64,000 nucleotides of DNA from an uncultured Thermoleophilia bacterium (GTDB lineage: Bacteria > Actinomycetota > Thermoleophilia > UBA2241): assembly GCA_963715985.1 (NCBI GenBank), contig CAVQSP010000011.1, positions 544,001 through 608,000 of the forward strand, written 5' to 3'. Of the stretch, positions 18,063 to 28,717 are shown piece by piece. The translations under genes and the position numbers were made by a program. The notes beneath the pieces are model-generated. The model had not been told where the DNA came from. It did not search any database and worked only from the letters and a program-made list of their open reading frames with translations. Numbering within the stretch: the first letter of the stretch is position 1; every line of letters begins with the position of its first letter.

Positions 18063-19295
18063 ATGCCTTCGTCTGAGGACACACGCGCGCTGCCCGTGAC
18101 GCCCACCGGGTCGCGCCCTACCCTCTTTGCGCTCACCCTCGGTCACGCGTTCGCCGACCTGTGCGGCGGCGCGTTGTGGGCGCTGCTGCCCTACCTGGTC
18201 GTGGAGCGCCACTACACCTACGCCGCGGTCGGCGTGTTCGCGCTCGTCGCCAACGTGACCCACGCCCTGTTCCAGCCGGTCGTCGGCGCTCAGGGCGACC
18301 GCCGGGCGGCGCCCTGGCTGCTCCCCGCCGGGCTCGTCCTTGCCGGCGCCGGCATCGCCGCCGTGGGATTCGCGCAGAGTTACGCCGTCACGCTGCTCGC
18401 CGTCGCCGTGAGCAGCGCCGGCGTGGCCGCCTACCATCCCGAAGGCGCCCGCTGGGCGCGCCGCGCCGCCGGCGAGCAGGTGACCCTCGACATGAGCGTC
18501 TTCTCCGTGGGCGGCGGCGTCGGCTACGCGCTGGGCCCGCTCGTGGTGGCGGCGGTGCTGGCGCCGCTCGGCCTCCACGGGACCGCCGTGGTCGCGCTGC
18601 TGCCCTTCTCCGCGGCGGTGGTGGTCGTGGTCGCCCTGCGACGGTTCCACGCGCGCCCGAAGCAGACGCACGCGGCACACCACTGGGCGCCGCCGTCGGG
18701 CTCCGAGTGGCGGCCCTTCGGCGTGCTGCTGGCGCTGTTCGCCCTCGCCGCGGCCGTCGCCACGGGCTTGCTGGCCTACGTGCCGCTGTTCCTCGTGAAC
18801 GAGCGCGGCGCCAGCCCGGCCGCGAGCAACGTGGTGACCGCCGTCATGCTCGCCGCCGCCGCGGGGGGCACGCTCGTCGGCGGCCTGCTCGCCCACCGCC
18901 TGGGGCGCCGCTTCGTGCTCATCGTCCCCCAGCTCATCCTGGTGCCTGTCATCGCCCTGCTCCCGAGCCTGAGCTACGCCGGCATCATCCCGCTGGTGGT
19001 GGTCATCGGGTTGGCCGTGAACGCCAATACCGGTGTCGTGCTCGTCCTCGCCCAGGAGTACCTGCCCGCGCACATGGGCCTCGCCACCGGCCTCACGATC
19101 GGCCTCAGCGGAGGGGCCGGGGGTCTGATCGTCGCGGCGCTCGGAGTCCTCGGCGACGCCGCCGGACCGGCCGCGGTGCTCTACGTCATCGCGGCGCTGC
19201 CACTCGGCGTGGCCGTGCTGTCCTCGCTGCTGACCCGCCCGGCCGCCGCGCCGCCCGGGACGATCTGGAGCTTCAGGGTCCAGCCCGGGCGCTGA
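18063..19295 (+). CDS. MFS transporter (Fsr-like)
   Basis: About 12 hydrophobic segments; LGHAFADL, QPVVG, GVAAYHPEG, MSVFSVGGGVGYALGP, AQEYLP. Confidence 0.9.
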   Translation: MPSSEDTRALPVTPTGSRPTLFALTLGHAFADLCGGALWALLPYLVVERHYTYAAVGVFALVANVTHALFQPVVGAQGDRRAAPWLLPAGLVLAGAGIAAVGFAQSYAVTLLAVAVSSAGVAAYHPEGARWARRAAGEQVTLDMSVFSVGGGVGYALGPLVVAAVLAPLGLHGTAVVALLPFSAAVVVVVALRRFHARPKQTHAAHHWAPPSGSEWRPFGVLLALFALAAAVATGLLAYVPLFLVNERGASPAASNVVTAVMLAAAAGGTLVGGLLAHRLGRRFVLIVPQLILVPVIALLPSLSYAGIIPLVVVIGLAVNANTGVVLVLAQEYLPAHMGLATGLTIGLSGGAGGLIVAALGVLGDAAGPAAVLYVIAALPLGVAVLSSLLTRPAAAPPGTIWSFRVQPGR

Positions 19296-19304
19296 GGGCG
19301 GGCG

Positions 19305-20147
19305 TCAGCCCGTGGCGCCGTGCTCCTCCGGGGCCTCCCCCAGCAGACTGTCGAGGAACGTCAAGGTACGCGCCCAGGCGCGCCGCGCCGCGGTGACGTC
19401 GTAGGCGCGGCGCGTATCGTTGAAGAAGGCGTGGCCGGCGCCGTCGTACACGTGCCACTCGAACTGCTTGCCGGCCGCGCGCACAGCGTCGGCGAAGGCC
19501 GGCACCGTGCCCGTGACGTGCGGGTCCTCGCTGCCGTAGAAGCCGAGGACCGGGCAGGAGAGGCCGGCCACGGCGCCCGCAGCAGGCGAGGCCCCGTAGA
19601 AGACGACGGCCGCGTCCAGCTCCGGCTCGGTGCAGGCGAGCAGGGCGCTGAGGGCGCCGCCGTTGCAGAAGCCCACCGACCCCACCTTGCCCGTGCACCC
19701 GGCGTCTGCGCGCGCGAGCGCCACGGCGTCACGGAGCATCGCCACCTGCGCCTGCCTGTCGTGCGGCCCGAGGAGCAGGGAGAAGGTCTCGACGAGCTGC
19801 TCCCGCTCCGGTCGCGGCAGCGCCGCCAGGGCCTCGTTGCGCGCCGGCTCGTCCCACCACGACGACGGCGGGATGGTGTCCAGAAAGCGTTTGGCCGCGA
19901 GGATGCGCTCCTCGGCCATCGCGGGCGGGCGCCGGCCGCCCAGCGAGTACAGGTCCGGCGCCAGGACCAGGTAGCCGGCCGTCGCGAAGCGGGCGGCCTG
20001 GTCGCGCAGGTGCTCGTCCACGCCCCAGACCTCCTGGACGAGCACCACCGCCGGCAGCGCTGCGCCGGCCGGCTCCGGCCGCGCCCGGAAGGCGAGGGCC
20101 GTGGTCTGGCCGGTCGGGAACTCGAGTGTCTCAGTCAGCAGGTGCAT
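19305..20147 (-). CDS. Dienelactone hydrolase family protein
   Basis: VQEVWGV, APDLY, nucleophile GFCNGG, GHAFFND. Confidence 0.9.
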   Translation of the reverse strand: MHLLTETLEFPTGQTTALAFRARPEPAGAALPAVVLVQEVWGVDEHLRDQAARFATAGYLVLAPDLYSLGGRRPPAMAEERILAAKRFLDTIPPSSWWDEPARNEALAALPRPEREQLVETFSLLLGPHDRQAQVAMLRDAVALARADAGCTGKVGSVGFCNGGALSALLACTEPELDAAVVFYGASPAAGAVAGLSCPVLGFYGSEDPHVTGTVPAFADAVRAAGKQFEWHVYDGAGHAFFNDTRRAYDVTAARRAWARTLTFLDSLLGEAPEEHGATG

Positions 20148-21096
20148 CCGTACTCCCGTTCGTCAGGACGATCTTGCCGCGCTTGCCGGGCATCGCGAAG
20201 CGCTCATAGGCGGCCGCTGCGTCCTGCAGCGAGAACGTGTCGCTCACCGGTACGCGCAGCCGTCCGGCCGCCAGCAGCGGCAGCACGCGCGCCCTCATGG
20301 CCTCGATGAGGGCCGCCTTCTCGTCGTGGCGGCGCGCCCGCAGGGTCGAAGCGAAGAGGCGCGCACGGCGCGCCATGAGGCGCCGCAGGTCCATCTCCAT
20401 CTCGGCGCCGGCGCCCACACCGATGACGACCACCCTGCCTGTGGTCGCCAGGCTCCGCAGCGCCTGGGACAGCGTCGGCGCTCCGACCAGCTCGAGCACC
20501 ACGTCGTACGGGCCCGCATCCCTGATGCCGGCGGGCTCCACGACCTCCGCCGCCCCGAACGCGGCCACGGCCGCGTGCAGGCTCGTGTCGCGGACGGCGG
20601 CCACGACGTGGGCGCCGGCCACAGCCGCGAGCTGGACGGCGGCGGTGCCCACGCCGCCCGCGGCGCCGGTGACCAGGACGCGCTCACCGACCACAAGGCC
20701 CGCCTGGAGAAAGAGCGCGTCGAACGCGGTGGCGAACGCCTCCACAAAGCCCCCGGCCTCCGGCCAGGGGAGCCCGGGAGGCACGGGCAGGGCGTGCGCC
20801 TCGTCGACCACGGCCAGTTCGGCCTGGCCGCCGCCGCCGACGAGGGCCATCACGCGGTCGCCGGAGGCGAACCGCGTGACCCGCGGCCCGGCGGCGGCCA
20901 CCGTGCCGGCCAGCTCCAGTCCGGGGATGTCCGCCGGCCAGCCCGGCGGCGCCGGGTACTCGCCGCGGCGCTGCGCCAGGTCGGCGCCGTTGACCCCGGC
21001 GGCGCGCACGGCCACGACGAGGTCGTGGTCGCCGCCCGCCGGATCCGGGCGTTCCTGCCAGCGGAGCTCGCCGCCGTCTATGACCACGGCGAACAC
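20131..21096 (-). CDS. NAD(P)H-quinone oxidoreductase (MDR, PIG3-like)
   Basis: AAGVNGADLAQRRGEY, PGLELAG, VLVTGAAGGVGTAAVQLA, GKIVL. Confidence 0.9.
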   Translation of the reverse strand: MFAVVIDGGELRWQERPDPAGGDHDLVVAVRAAGVNGADLAQRRGEYPAPPGWPADIPGLELAGTVAAAGPRVTRFASGDRVMALVGGGGQAELAVVDEAHALPVPPGLPWPEAGGFVEAFATAFDALFLQAGLVVGERVLVTGAAGGVGTAAVQLAAVAGAHVVAAVRDTSLHAAVAAFGAAEVVEPAGIRDAGPYDVVLELVGAPTLSQALRSLATTGRVVVIGVGAGAEMEMDLRRLMARRARLFASTLRARRHDEKAALIEAMRARVLPLLAAGRLRVPVSDTFSLQDAAAAYERFAMPGKRGKIVLTNGSTDAPAD

Positions 21097-21148
21097 GGCT
21101 CACCTCCCGCGAGGACGGCGACGATCGCGGCGGCCCCGGCCGGCACGT

Positions 21149-21493
21149 TCACCTGGGCCGGCACTGCATCCGCGTGCAACGGTCCTGCACGAACGCCTTG
21201 TACTTCTCGAGGTCGCGCTCCAGAGTGGCCTGGGCCCGCGCCACCTCATCCGTTGCCGTGTCCTTGGTCCGCGGCGCGTACTCCAGTGCCACCGTCACGC
21301 GCACCAGCCGCTCGCCCTCGGTGGTGAAGTCCACCTTGCCGGCCTTCATGTCGTCTTCGTCTATCAGTGGCTCTACGTCCGTGAGCCCACGCGTGTAGCC
21401 GCTCAACAGGGAATCCAGAAGAAACTCGCTCCACTCGAGATCGGCGAACTCGAGCGGGACATCGACTTCGACCGACGCCTGGATGGTAGCCAC
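21149..21493 (-). CDS. Hypothetical protein, short SRPBCC/cyclase-like
   Basis: GGAGGG RBS and GTG; ATIQASVEVDVPL...VDF...VRVTVALEYAP...LERDLEKYKAFV pattern of SRPBCC-fold proteins. Confidence 0.55.
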   Translation of the reverse strand: MATIQASVEVDVPLEFADLEWSEFLLDSLLSGYTRGLTDVEPLIDEDDMKAGKVDFTTEGERLVRVTVALEYAPRTKDTATDEVARAQATLERDLEKYKAFVQDRCTRMQCRPR

Positions 21494-21672
21494 GACGCCT
21501 CCCTCCGCATTGATACGCTCCCGCGCACCGCGGGGAGCCTCAGGCACAGTCTCCCCACTCCGGGCCGTTCTCCTCACACGCCCTGCTCGGACTCCTCGGT
21601 GGGACCCGCCGGGAACGGGAAGAGGCAGTGCACGGCGGACACAGCCTGACGGAGCGCCGCCGCCGCGGACCG

Positions 21673-22548
21673 TCAGCCGGCGCGGCGCTCGCTCACGCGC
21701 CGCGCGAGTCCCTCGTCGCCGAGCTCGCGACAGACGTCGCCGAAGTCCGGCGCGGGGCCGCGCCACTCGAGGTCGGCGAGGCTCTCCGCGAGAGGGACGT
21801 CCTCGCGCAGGGTAGCGAGGCGCCGGTACAGGAGAGCCTCCTCCCGGTGCCCTTCGAGGCTCTCCACGAGCCGAGCAGCGCGCCCCGGCGAGAGGCCGAG
21901 CTGAGCCGGGTCGTCCGGGATCGCCTCGAGGCGGCCGAAGCGCGCCAGCACGGCCGCCGCCGACTTGGCACCCCACCCGGGGATGCCGGGGAATCCGTCG
22001 GCGGCGTCACCGACAAGCGCCAGCCAGTCGGGGATGGACGCCGGCGGCACGCCGAACTTGCCGCCCACTCCCTCCTCGTCCAGGACGACGTCCCGGCGGC
22101 GGTCCCAGCAGACCACGCGGTCCCCGGTCACCGCCTGCGCGAGGTCCTTGTCGGGCGAGCAGATGACGACCTGCTCCACGGCCGGGTCGTCGCGGTAGCA
22201 GGCCGCCGCGCTGGCCAGCGCGTCGTCGGCCTCGAACTCGACCATCGGCCACACGGTGAGGCCGAGCGCCGTGACGGCGCGCTCGGCCGGCGCGAACTGG
22301 GCGAGCAACACCGGGTCCACGCCGGCGCCGGTCTTGTAGCCGGCGTACAGCTCGTTGCGGAACGACTCGACGACGTGGTCGAAGGCGCAGCCGACGTGCG
22401 TGACGCCGGGCGTGGCCAGGAGCATGGAGAGGCTGCGCAGCAAGCCGACCGTGGCGCCCACCTCGAGGCCGCCGGGACTCGTGCGCGGCGGCGCCCCGAA
22501 GTGGGCGCGGAACAGCTCGTAGGTACCGTCGACCAGATGGACCTTCAT
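21673..22548 (-). CDS. Stand-alone 5'-3' exonuclease / flap endonuclease (PolI N-terminal-like)
   Basis: HLVDGTYELFRAHF, FRNELYAGYK, EADDALAS, SPDKDL and the H3TH motif LVGDAADGFPGIPGWGAKSA. Confidence 0.9.
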   Translation of the reverse strand: MKVHLVDGTYELFRAHFGAPPRTSPGGLEVGATVGLLRSLSMLLATPGVTHVGCAFDHVVESFRNELYAGYKTGAGVDPVLLAQFAPAERAVTALGLTVWPMVEFEADDALASAAACYRDDPAVEQVVICSPDKDLAQAVTGDRVVCWDRRRDVVLDEEGVGGKFGVPPASIPDWLALVGDAADGFPGIPGWGAKSAAAVLARFGRLEAIPDDPAQLGLSPGRAARLVESLEGHREEALLYRRLATLREDVPLAESLADLEWRGPAPDFGDVCRELGDEGLARRVSERRAG

Positions 22549-22868
22549 GCGCGCGCGAACCAGCCGGCCTCCTGCATCGCCTGGGCGGCGACGCGCCCGC
22601 CGCGGGCGTCGCCGCGGGCCACGGAGACGGAGACCTGGTCGCCGACGGCGGCGGCGATCTCGGCGACGTCCTGATGCCCGTGCCCCGGGCAGAGCAGCAC
22701 CGACTGGATGCCCTCGTCGGCCACCATCCGCGTGCACACGTCCAGCGCCTGCTGGTGGTCTCTCACGACGACGGCGTGGAACTCGTACAGCCCGGTGTCG
22801 ATGCGCGCCCGGTGCTTCTCCGGGTCGGCGTCGGGAGCTGTGGCGACGAACAGCGCTTTGAACGGCAT
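22545..22868 (-). CDS. DUF6506-like hypothetical protein
   Basis: MPFKALFVATAPDADPEKHR...GIQSVLLCPG...VSVARGD; overlaps the exonuclease start. Confidence 0.65.
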   Translation of the reverse strand: MPFKALFVATAPDADPEKHRARIDTGLYEFHAVVVRDHQQALDVCTRMVADEGIQSVLLCPGHGHQDVAEIAAAVGDQVSVSVARGDARGGRVAAQAMQEAGWFARA

Positions 22869-22929
22869 GACCGAGCCTCCTCGCTGACCGTGGCGCGCCC
22901 GGGCGGCACTCACGCGTGCCCGGGCGCCC

Positions 22930-24120
22930 TCACTCGTACCTCAGCGCCATCGTAGGCTCAACGGACGCCGCCTGCACGGCCGGGCCCAGGCCCGCCAGGA
23001 TGCCGACCGCCGCCGCGACCACGAGCGCGAGGGTCACGGTGAGCACCGAGAACGCCGGCGCCACGCTCAGGGCCGAGCCGCCGATGTACGCGGCGCCGAT
23101 GCCGACGCCAAGCCCCAGAAGACCGCCGATGATGCTCGTCACCACGGCGTACACGAGGAACTCGACGACGATGTCCCGGCGGGTCGCACCCACGGCCCGC
23201 CGCACGCCGATCTCACGCGTGCGCTCCCGCACCGTGACGAGCATCACGTTGGCCACGCCGATGCCGCCCACGATGAGGCTGATGGCGGCGATCGCCGCCA
23301 TCAGCTCGGTGAGCGTCTTGGTGCTCGACGAGACGGCGGAGGCGATCGAGCTGGCGTTGACGATCTGGAAGTCGTTCTGGTCGCCGGTCGCGAGGCCGTG
23401 CTGCGTGCGCAGCGCGCTCTCCACGGCCGCTGAGAACGTGTCCACGGCGTCCGGCTCGGCCTGCACGCGCACCGAGGAGATGTCCGGGTGGTAGGCGACG
23501 AGCCGCCCCTCGATGGCGCTGAGAGGGACGACGATGCTCGAATCCACTGAGGCGAAGGCGATGCCGCCCTGCGCGTCCAGCACGCCGATCACCGTGAACG
23601 GCATGCCGCCGATCTTGACGGTCTGGCCCACGGCGCGGAGCGGCGTCAGGCCCAGGTCGTCCACGGTGGTCGCTCCGAGCACGGCCACGGGCAGCGCGTT
23701 GTCCACGTCGAACTGGCTGAAGAAGGTGCCGGCCACCACCGACAGGTGGTCGATGGCCTTGAAGGTCGGGAAGGTGCCGGTGATGGTGGCCATCGCGGTC
23801 GACGATCCGTACGTCACCGCGGCGTTGGTGTCCACGGTGTAGACGGTCCTCTTGACGCCCGGCGCGTTCTGGATGGCCTTGAGATCGCTGGACGTGAGCG
23901 CGGAGGACGACGAGAAGCGGCTCGCCTCCACGGTGATCGTGTCCGTCCCGAAGGCGTTGAAGCGGTCCTCGACGGCCTTGGTGGACCCGCCGCCGATGGC
24001 GGTGAGGGCGACCACCGCGGCGACGCCGATGACGATGCCGAGGATGGTCAGCACCGCGCGCAGCGGGTTGGCGCGCAGGCTCGAGAACGCGAGACGCAGC
24101 GACTCGAGGAAGACGATCAC
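22930..24120 (-). CDS. MacB/FtsX-type ABC transporter permease
   Basis: LRAVLTILGIVIGVAAVV, ISLIVGGIGVANVMLVTVRERTREIGVRRAVGA, ending ALRYE. Confidence 0.95.
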   Translation of the reverse strand: MIVFLESLRLAFSSLRANPLRAVLTILGIVIGVAAVVALTAIGGGSTKAVEDRFNAFGTDTITVEASRFSSSSALTSSDLKAIQNAPGVKRTVYTVDTNAAVTYGSSTAMATITGTFPTFKAIDHLSVVAGTFFSQFDVDNALPVAVLGATTVDDLGLTPLRAVGQTVKIGGMPFTVIGVLDAQGGIAFASVDSSIVVPLSAIEGRLVAYHPDISSVRVQAEPDAVDTFSAAVESALRTQHGLATGDQNDFQIVNASSIASAVSSSTKTLTELMAAIAAISLIVGGIGVANVMLVTVRERTREIGVRRAVGATRRDIVVEFLVYAVVTSIIGGLLGLGVGIGAAYIGGSALSVAPAFSVLTVTLALVVAAAVGILAGLGPAVQAASVEPTMALRYE

Positions 24121-25706
24121 TGACCACCGCCCGCCGGTGCCGCGGGGAAGCCGCCCTGAGGGACCGGCATGCCGGCCGGCGGCCCGCCGCTGCCACCGAG
24201 GATGCTGCCGCCGAGGCCGCCCGAACTGTTCGAGGAGCCCGTCCCGGTGCCCGTGGCGCCGTCGGTGTACGTGCCCGTCACCACGACCTCGCCCTCCGCC
24301 AGGCCGCTGGTGATCTCGGTGGAGGCGGACGTCGCCATGTCCGTCTCGACCTGGCGCACGACGGGCGTGCCGTTCTGCATCACGCGCACGTAGGACGTGC
24401 TGGACGTCCCGGTGACGGCGCTCGTCGGCACCAGCAGCACGTCGGTGTGCTCCTGGAGCACGATCTCGAGAGTGCCGGTCATGCCGGAGCGCGCCACGTC
24501 GGGCAGGCCCTCCGGCCGGATGGTGATGGCGTACTGCGTGGAGCCGGACGACGTACTGGCCCCGGTCGACCCCGTGGACGACGCAGGCTCGTCCGAGATC
24601 GCCGTGATCACGCCGGTGAACGCCTGGTCCGTGTACCCGTCGATCGTCATCTGCGCCTTCTGCCCCACCTTGAGCTCGCCGAGGTCACTCTGGCTCACCA
24701 GAGCCTGTGCCGTCAGAGTGCTGGGAGCGCTGATGGACGCCAGCTCAGTGCCGCCGCTCACGCGGCCACCAAGCGTGACGTTCCAGGAGGCGAGCGTGGA
24801 CCCGACCGGCATCCAGACGAAGCGGTCCACGTCGACCACGCCCGTCTTGCTCATGCCGTTGTCTGCCTGCCAGCTCTTGTAGGCGGTCCTGGTGGCCGAT
24901 GTGAACGTCCCGGAGAGCGTGCCGGTGTAGTACCCGCCCTGCCTGAGCGCGCGCTGAAGGGCGGCCACGTTGACCCTCTGCTCCCCGGACGACAGGCCGG
25001 TGGAGAGGTCCTTCCACAGCGGCGTCGGGCTGACGAACGCGAACACGCCCTTGCCGGACACCGTGAGCAGACGCTGCAGCGTCCGCGGGGTGCTTCCCTC
25101 CTTGGCGGAGAGGTGGGTGACGATGCCGCTGATGCCGGAAGAGACCGTGGTCGACGTGGTGGCCGTGCCGATGCCGGTGGCTGACGCGCCGGAAGAGCCG
25201 AGGCCCGTGCCGCTCCCGCCGCTCTGCCCGGACGGCGCGACGATCCCGGACTGGCTCGGTGACGGAGTCGGGAGCCCGCTGCCCGTGGGTGTGGGGGACG
25301 GCGTCGATGTCGGTTCCACGCTCGTCGTCGGAGTCGGCGTCGGCGATGGGGTCTGGGTCTCGAACGCCGCGAAGACCGTGGAGGCCGCGGTCGTCCCGGT
25401 GGAGCCTGTCACGGCGCTCGTGGCCGTGGTGCCCGTCCCGCTCGTCGTGCTGCCGGCGCTCGACGAGCTGCCGGACAGTGAGATGGCGGAGACGCCGCCG
25501 TCCGCGGCGAGCGTGAAGTCGCTCTCCACGGTCTGCGAGATGGTGCCGGTGGCAGCGGTGGACGTCAGGTAGTGCACGGTCGCGGTCGTGCTGCGGCCGA
25601 AGAACCACCACACGCCGCCCGCCACCGCGGCGGCCACGACCACGATCACGACGGCGAGCAGCCACCACCGCCTGCGCCTCGTCTTGCCTGCAGTCGCTGC
25701 GCTCAC
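24117..25706 (-). CDS. Membrane-fusion/adaptor subunit with peptidoglycan-binding domain and S/T/P-rich linker
   Basis: N-terminal TM; VAALQRALRQGGY...GTFTSATRTAYKSWQ (PG-binding); LKVGQKA, RSGMTG, VLLVPTSAV, EITSGLAEGEVVV. Confidence 0.85.
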   Translation of the reverse strand: MSAATAGKTRRRRWWLLAVVIVVVAAAVAGGVWWFFGRSTTATVHYLTSTAATGTISQTVESDFTLAADGGVSAISLSGSSSSAGSTTSGTGTTATSAVTGSTGTTAASTVFAAFETQTPSPTPTPTTSVEPTSTPSPTPTGSGLPTPSPSQSGIVAPSGQSGGSGTGLGSSGASATGIGTATTSTTVSSGISGIVTHLSAKEGSTPRTLQRLLTVSGKGVFAFVSPTPLWKDLSTGLSSGEQRVNVAALQRALRQGGYYTGTLSGTFTSATRTAYKSWQADNGMSKTGVVDVDRFVWMPVGSTLASWNVTLGGRVSGGTELASISAPSTLTAQALVSQSDLGELKVGQKAQMTIDGYTDQAFTGVITAISDEPASSTGSTGASTSSGSTQYAITIRPEGLPDVARSGMTGTLEIVLQEHTDVLLVPTSAVTGTSSTSYVRVMQNGTPVVRQVETDMATSASTEITSGLAEGEVVVTGTYTDGATGTGTGSSNSSGGLGGSILGGSGGPPAGMPVPQGGFPAAPAGGGQ

Positions 25707-25754
25707 TGGGTACCTCCCCCGGTCTGACCGGTGCTGCCAGCCTGGCCCTGACCG

Positions 25755-26631
25755 CTACCGGAGGCTGCCCGCCCCCGGGAAGGACCTGTACCAGACGATG
25801 CTCTCTCCTTCGCTCAGCCCCGAGACGATCTCCGACTGGCTGCCGGACTGCTGCCCCACCTGGACGGTGCGGTCCTGAGTCGTGCCGTTGGCCAGCACCT
25901 GCACGGTGGCAGAGCTGCCGCTGCCCGTGATGGCGGCGGTCGGGATCACGATGACGTTGGCGGCCAGGACCTTGGTCTCGATCGCCGCGAAGCCGATGGA
26001 ATCGGCGGCGGCGTCCGCCGGCGTCTCGTCGAGACGGATGGTGGCGGAGGCCGTGCCGTCGGCGTTGGTCTTGACCGCCGTGACCGTGCCGGGCGTCCCG
26101 CGGTCGCCGAGGTCGCCGCCGGGGAAGCCGCCCTGAGGCATGCCGCTCGGGCCGGGCTGGGGCATGCCGCTGCCTTGGGGCACGGGCATGCCGCTCGCCG
26201 CCCTGGGGCACGGGCATGCCGCTCCCCTGCGGGACCGGCATGCCACTCTGGCCGGGCTGCGGGAGGCCGCCCTGCGCGCCGTTGAACAGGAGCACGGTCG
26301 CGGTCTGCCCGGCGGCCACGGAACCGGCGCTCTCGGCCGGCACGGTGGCGACGACGATGGTCTTGTCTCCGAGAGACGTCACCTTGACCGGCGCGGCGAC
26401 GCTCTGCGTCAGGTCGCCGCGCTCGACCTCGGTCAGGACCTGCATGGCGGTGGGCATCACCTGTCCGGGCTGGGCGGCGGCGTTCTGCGAGCCGCTGCTC
26501 GAGCCGCCGCAGGCGCCGGCCAGCACGGCGACCGCCGCCACCGCCGTCACCGCAGCGGCCACGGAGATGGACATCTTCAGTCTGCGCCCGCCCTCGCGGA
26601 GCCCAGAACGACGGCGGTGTGCAGGATTCAT
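25755..26631 (-). CDS. Second, short adaptor-like lipoprotein (frameshift near 26200; 3' end may extend to ~25703)
   Basis: Lipobox VLAGAC; VERGDLTQSV; GMPVPQG repeats; VIVIPTAAI...VQVGQQSGSQSEIVSGLSEGESIV adaptor C-terminus. Confidence 0.7.
26137..26263 (-). repeat. Five ~24-bp coding tandem repeats (SGMPVPQG / SGMPQPGP)
   Basis: GGCATGCC at 26137, 26161, 26185, 26213 and 26237. Confidence 0.85.
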
Positions 26632-27360
26632 ACGTGAGCCTCCGCGTACGTCGCGTGATCGTGAAGCTTGCCTTCGCCGAGCACGAGCCGTCTGTCGGCG
26701 TGCTCGGCCACGTCTTCTTCGTGCGTGATCATGAAGATGGTGCGGCCCTCGCCGTGGAGACGGTCGAGGATCTCGAGCACCTCGGCGGTGGCGGCCAGGT
26801 CGAGGTTGCCCGTGGGCTCGTCCACGAGCAGCAGCTCGGGGTCGCCGACCAGCGCCCGGGCGATGGCGACGCGCTGCATCTGCCCGCCCGAGAGCTCGCC
26901 GGGGTCGTGGTCGGCGCGGTCCTCGAGGCCCACGGCCACCAGCGCCTCGCGAGCCCGCTCGAGACGCTCTTTGCGCCGGATGCCCCGGTACACGAGGGGC
27001 GTGGCGACGTTCTCGAGGGCGGTGGTGCGCGGGAGCAGGTTGTGAAGCTGGAAGACGAACCCGAGCAGATGGTTGCGCAGCCGCGAGCGGTCGCTGTCGT
27101 CGAGGTCGGAGACGTCGTGCCGCTCCGAGCAGGTACTCGCCGGCATCGGCGCGATCCAGCAGTCCGAGGACGTTGAGCAGGGTCGACTTGCCGGAACCCG
27201 AGCGGCCCGTGCAGGCGACCCACTCCCCTCGCGTCACGCGGAGGTCGAGGTCCCAGAGCACCGGCACGGCGATCTCACCGCGACGGTAGGTGCGCTCGAT
27301 GCCCGTCGCCTGCATGACGACGTCGTCTTCTCCGCCGGCGGCGGTCCCGTCCAGGCCCAT
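26628..27360 (-). CDS. ABC transporter ATP-binding protein, LolD/MacB type (frameshift near 27125)
   Basis: Walker [20 protein letters not shown], signature [15 protein letters not shown], Walker [16 protein letters not shown]. Confidence 0.9.
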
Positions 27361-27526
27361 GGACTTCCTCCCACATCCGATCCCAGGGGCCGCTCGAGCG
27401 CTCTTCGCACATCTGCGACCCGTGGCACAGTATGGGAACTCGACCTGTGAGCAGCCTGTGAGCGCACGGAGGGCAGCCTGAGAAAGCCGGCCTCGTGCGC
27501 GCGGCACCCGCCGCTGAGGAGGTGGG

Positions 27527-28717
27527 TCAGACGGGGGGCAGGGCGCCGCGCGCCGCCACCAGCTGCTCCACGGCGAAGTCCAGATCGGCCGGCTCGTGAA
27601 GCGCGGACACCTGCAGGCGGATCCGCGCCTCCCCCCTGGGTACCACCGGGTAGAAGAACCCGATGGCCAGCACGCCGCGCTCGAGCAGGCCGGCGGCGAT
27701 GGCCTGCGCATCGCGCGCCTCGCCGACCATGACCGGCACGATCGGGTGGCCGGCTCCGCGAGTCTCGAAGCCGGCCGCCTCTACCGCCGTGCGCAGGTAC
27801 GCCGCGTTGCGTCGCAGGCGCGCGAGCAAGTCCGGCGAGCGCAGCACGATCTCGATGGCCGTCACCGACGCCGCCGCGATGGGTGGGGCGAGGCTGTTGG
27901 AGAAGAGGTACGGCCGCGAGCGCTGGCGGAGCAGTTCGACCAGCTCGCGGGAGCCGCACGTGAAGCCGCCGCTGGCGCCGCCCAGCGCCTTGCCGAAGGT
28001 GCCGGTGACGATGTCCACGCGGTCGCTCACGCGGTGGTGTTCCGGCGTGCCGCGACCCTGCTCGCCGAGCACGCCGACGGCGTGCGAGTCGTCCACCATC
28101 ACGAGAGCGCCGTACTTCTCGGCGAGATCACAGACGTCGGGCAGGGGCGCGATCACGCCGTCCATCGAGAACACGCCGTCGGTGGCGACGAGGATGGTGC
28201 GTGCTGCCTTGGCCTCCTCCAGCTTGTCGCGCAGGTCGGCCATGTCGCAGGTGCGGTACCGAAAGCGTTGCGCCTTGCAGAGGCGGATGCCGTCGATGAC
28301 GCTGGCATGGTTCAGGGTGTCGCTGACGATGGCATCCTCGGGCCCCAGCAGCGTCTCGAAGAGGCCGCCGTTGGCGTCGAAGCACGAGGAGTAGAGGATC
28401 GCATCCTCCTTACCGAGGAAATCGGCGATCGTCCGCTCCAGGCGCGCGTGCACCGTCTGCGTGCCGCAGATGAAGCGCACCGAGGACATGCCGTAGCCCC
28501 ACTCCTCGAGGGCGGCCGCGGCGCCGGCCACCACCTCGGGGTGCGACGACAGGCCGAGGTAGTTGTTGGCGCACATGTTGAGCACGCGACGGCCGTCGGC
28601 GAGGTGCACCCACGCTCCCTGGGCGCCGGCGATGTGCTGTTCCACCTTGAAGAGGCCCGCATCGCGGGTGCCCTGCAGCTCGTCCAGGAGCCGCTGTCTG
28701 AATGGGGGCGTGATCAT
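27527..28717 (-). CDS. kbl: Glycine C-acetyltransferase (2-amino-3-ketobutyrate CoA ligase)
   Basis: [56 protein letters not shown]. Confidence 0.95.
   Translation of the reverse strand: MITPPFRQRLLDELQGTRDAGLFKVEQHIAGAQGAWVHLADGRRVLNMCANNYLGLSSHPEVVAGAAAALEEWGYGMSSVRFICGTQTVHARLERTIADFLGKEDAILYSSCFDANGGLFETLLGPEDAIVSDTLNHASVIDGIRLCKAQRFRYRTCDMADLRDKLEEAKAARTILVATDGVFSMDGVIAPLPDVCDLAEKYGALVMVDDSHAVGVLGEQGRGTPEHHRVSDRVDIVTGTFGKALGGASGGFTCGSRELVELLRQRSRPYLFSNSLAPPIAAASVTAIEIVLRSPDLLARLRRNAAYLRTAVEAAGFETRGAGHPIVPVMVGEARDAQAIAAGLLERGVLAIGFFYPVVPRGEARIRLQVSALHEPADLDFAVEQLVAARGALPPV

Noticed and set aside
24745-27711. 988-aa ORF apparently fusing ATPase and adaptor pieces
   Set aside because: It threads through frameshifts of separate genes that each have their own start.
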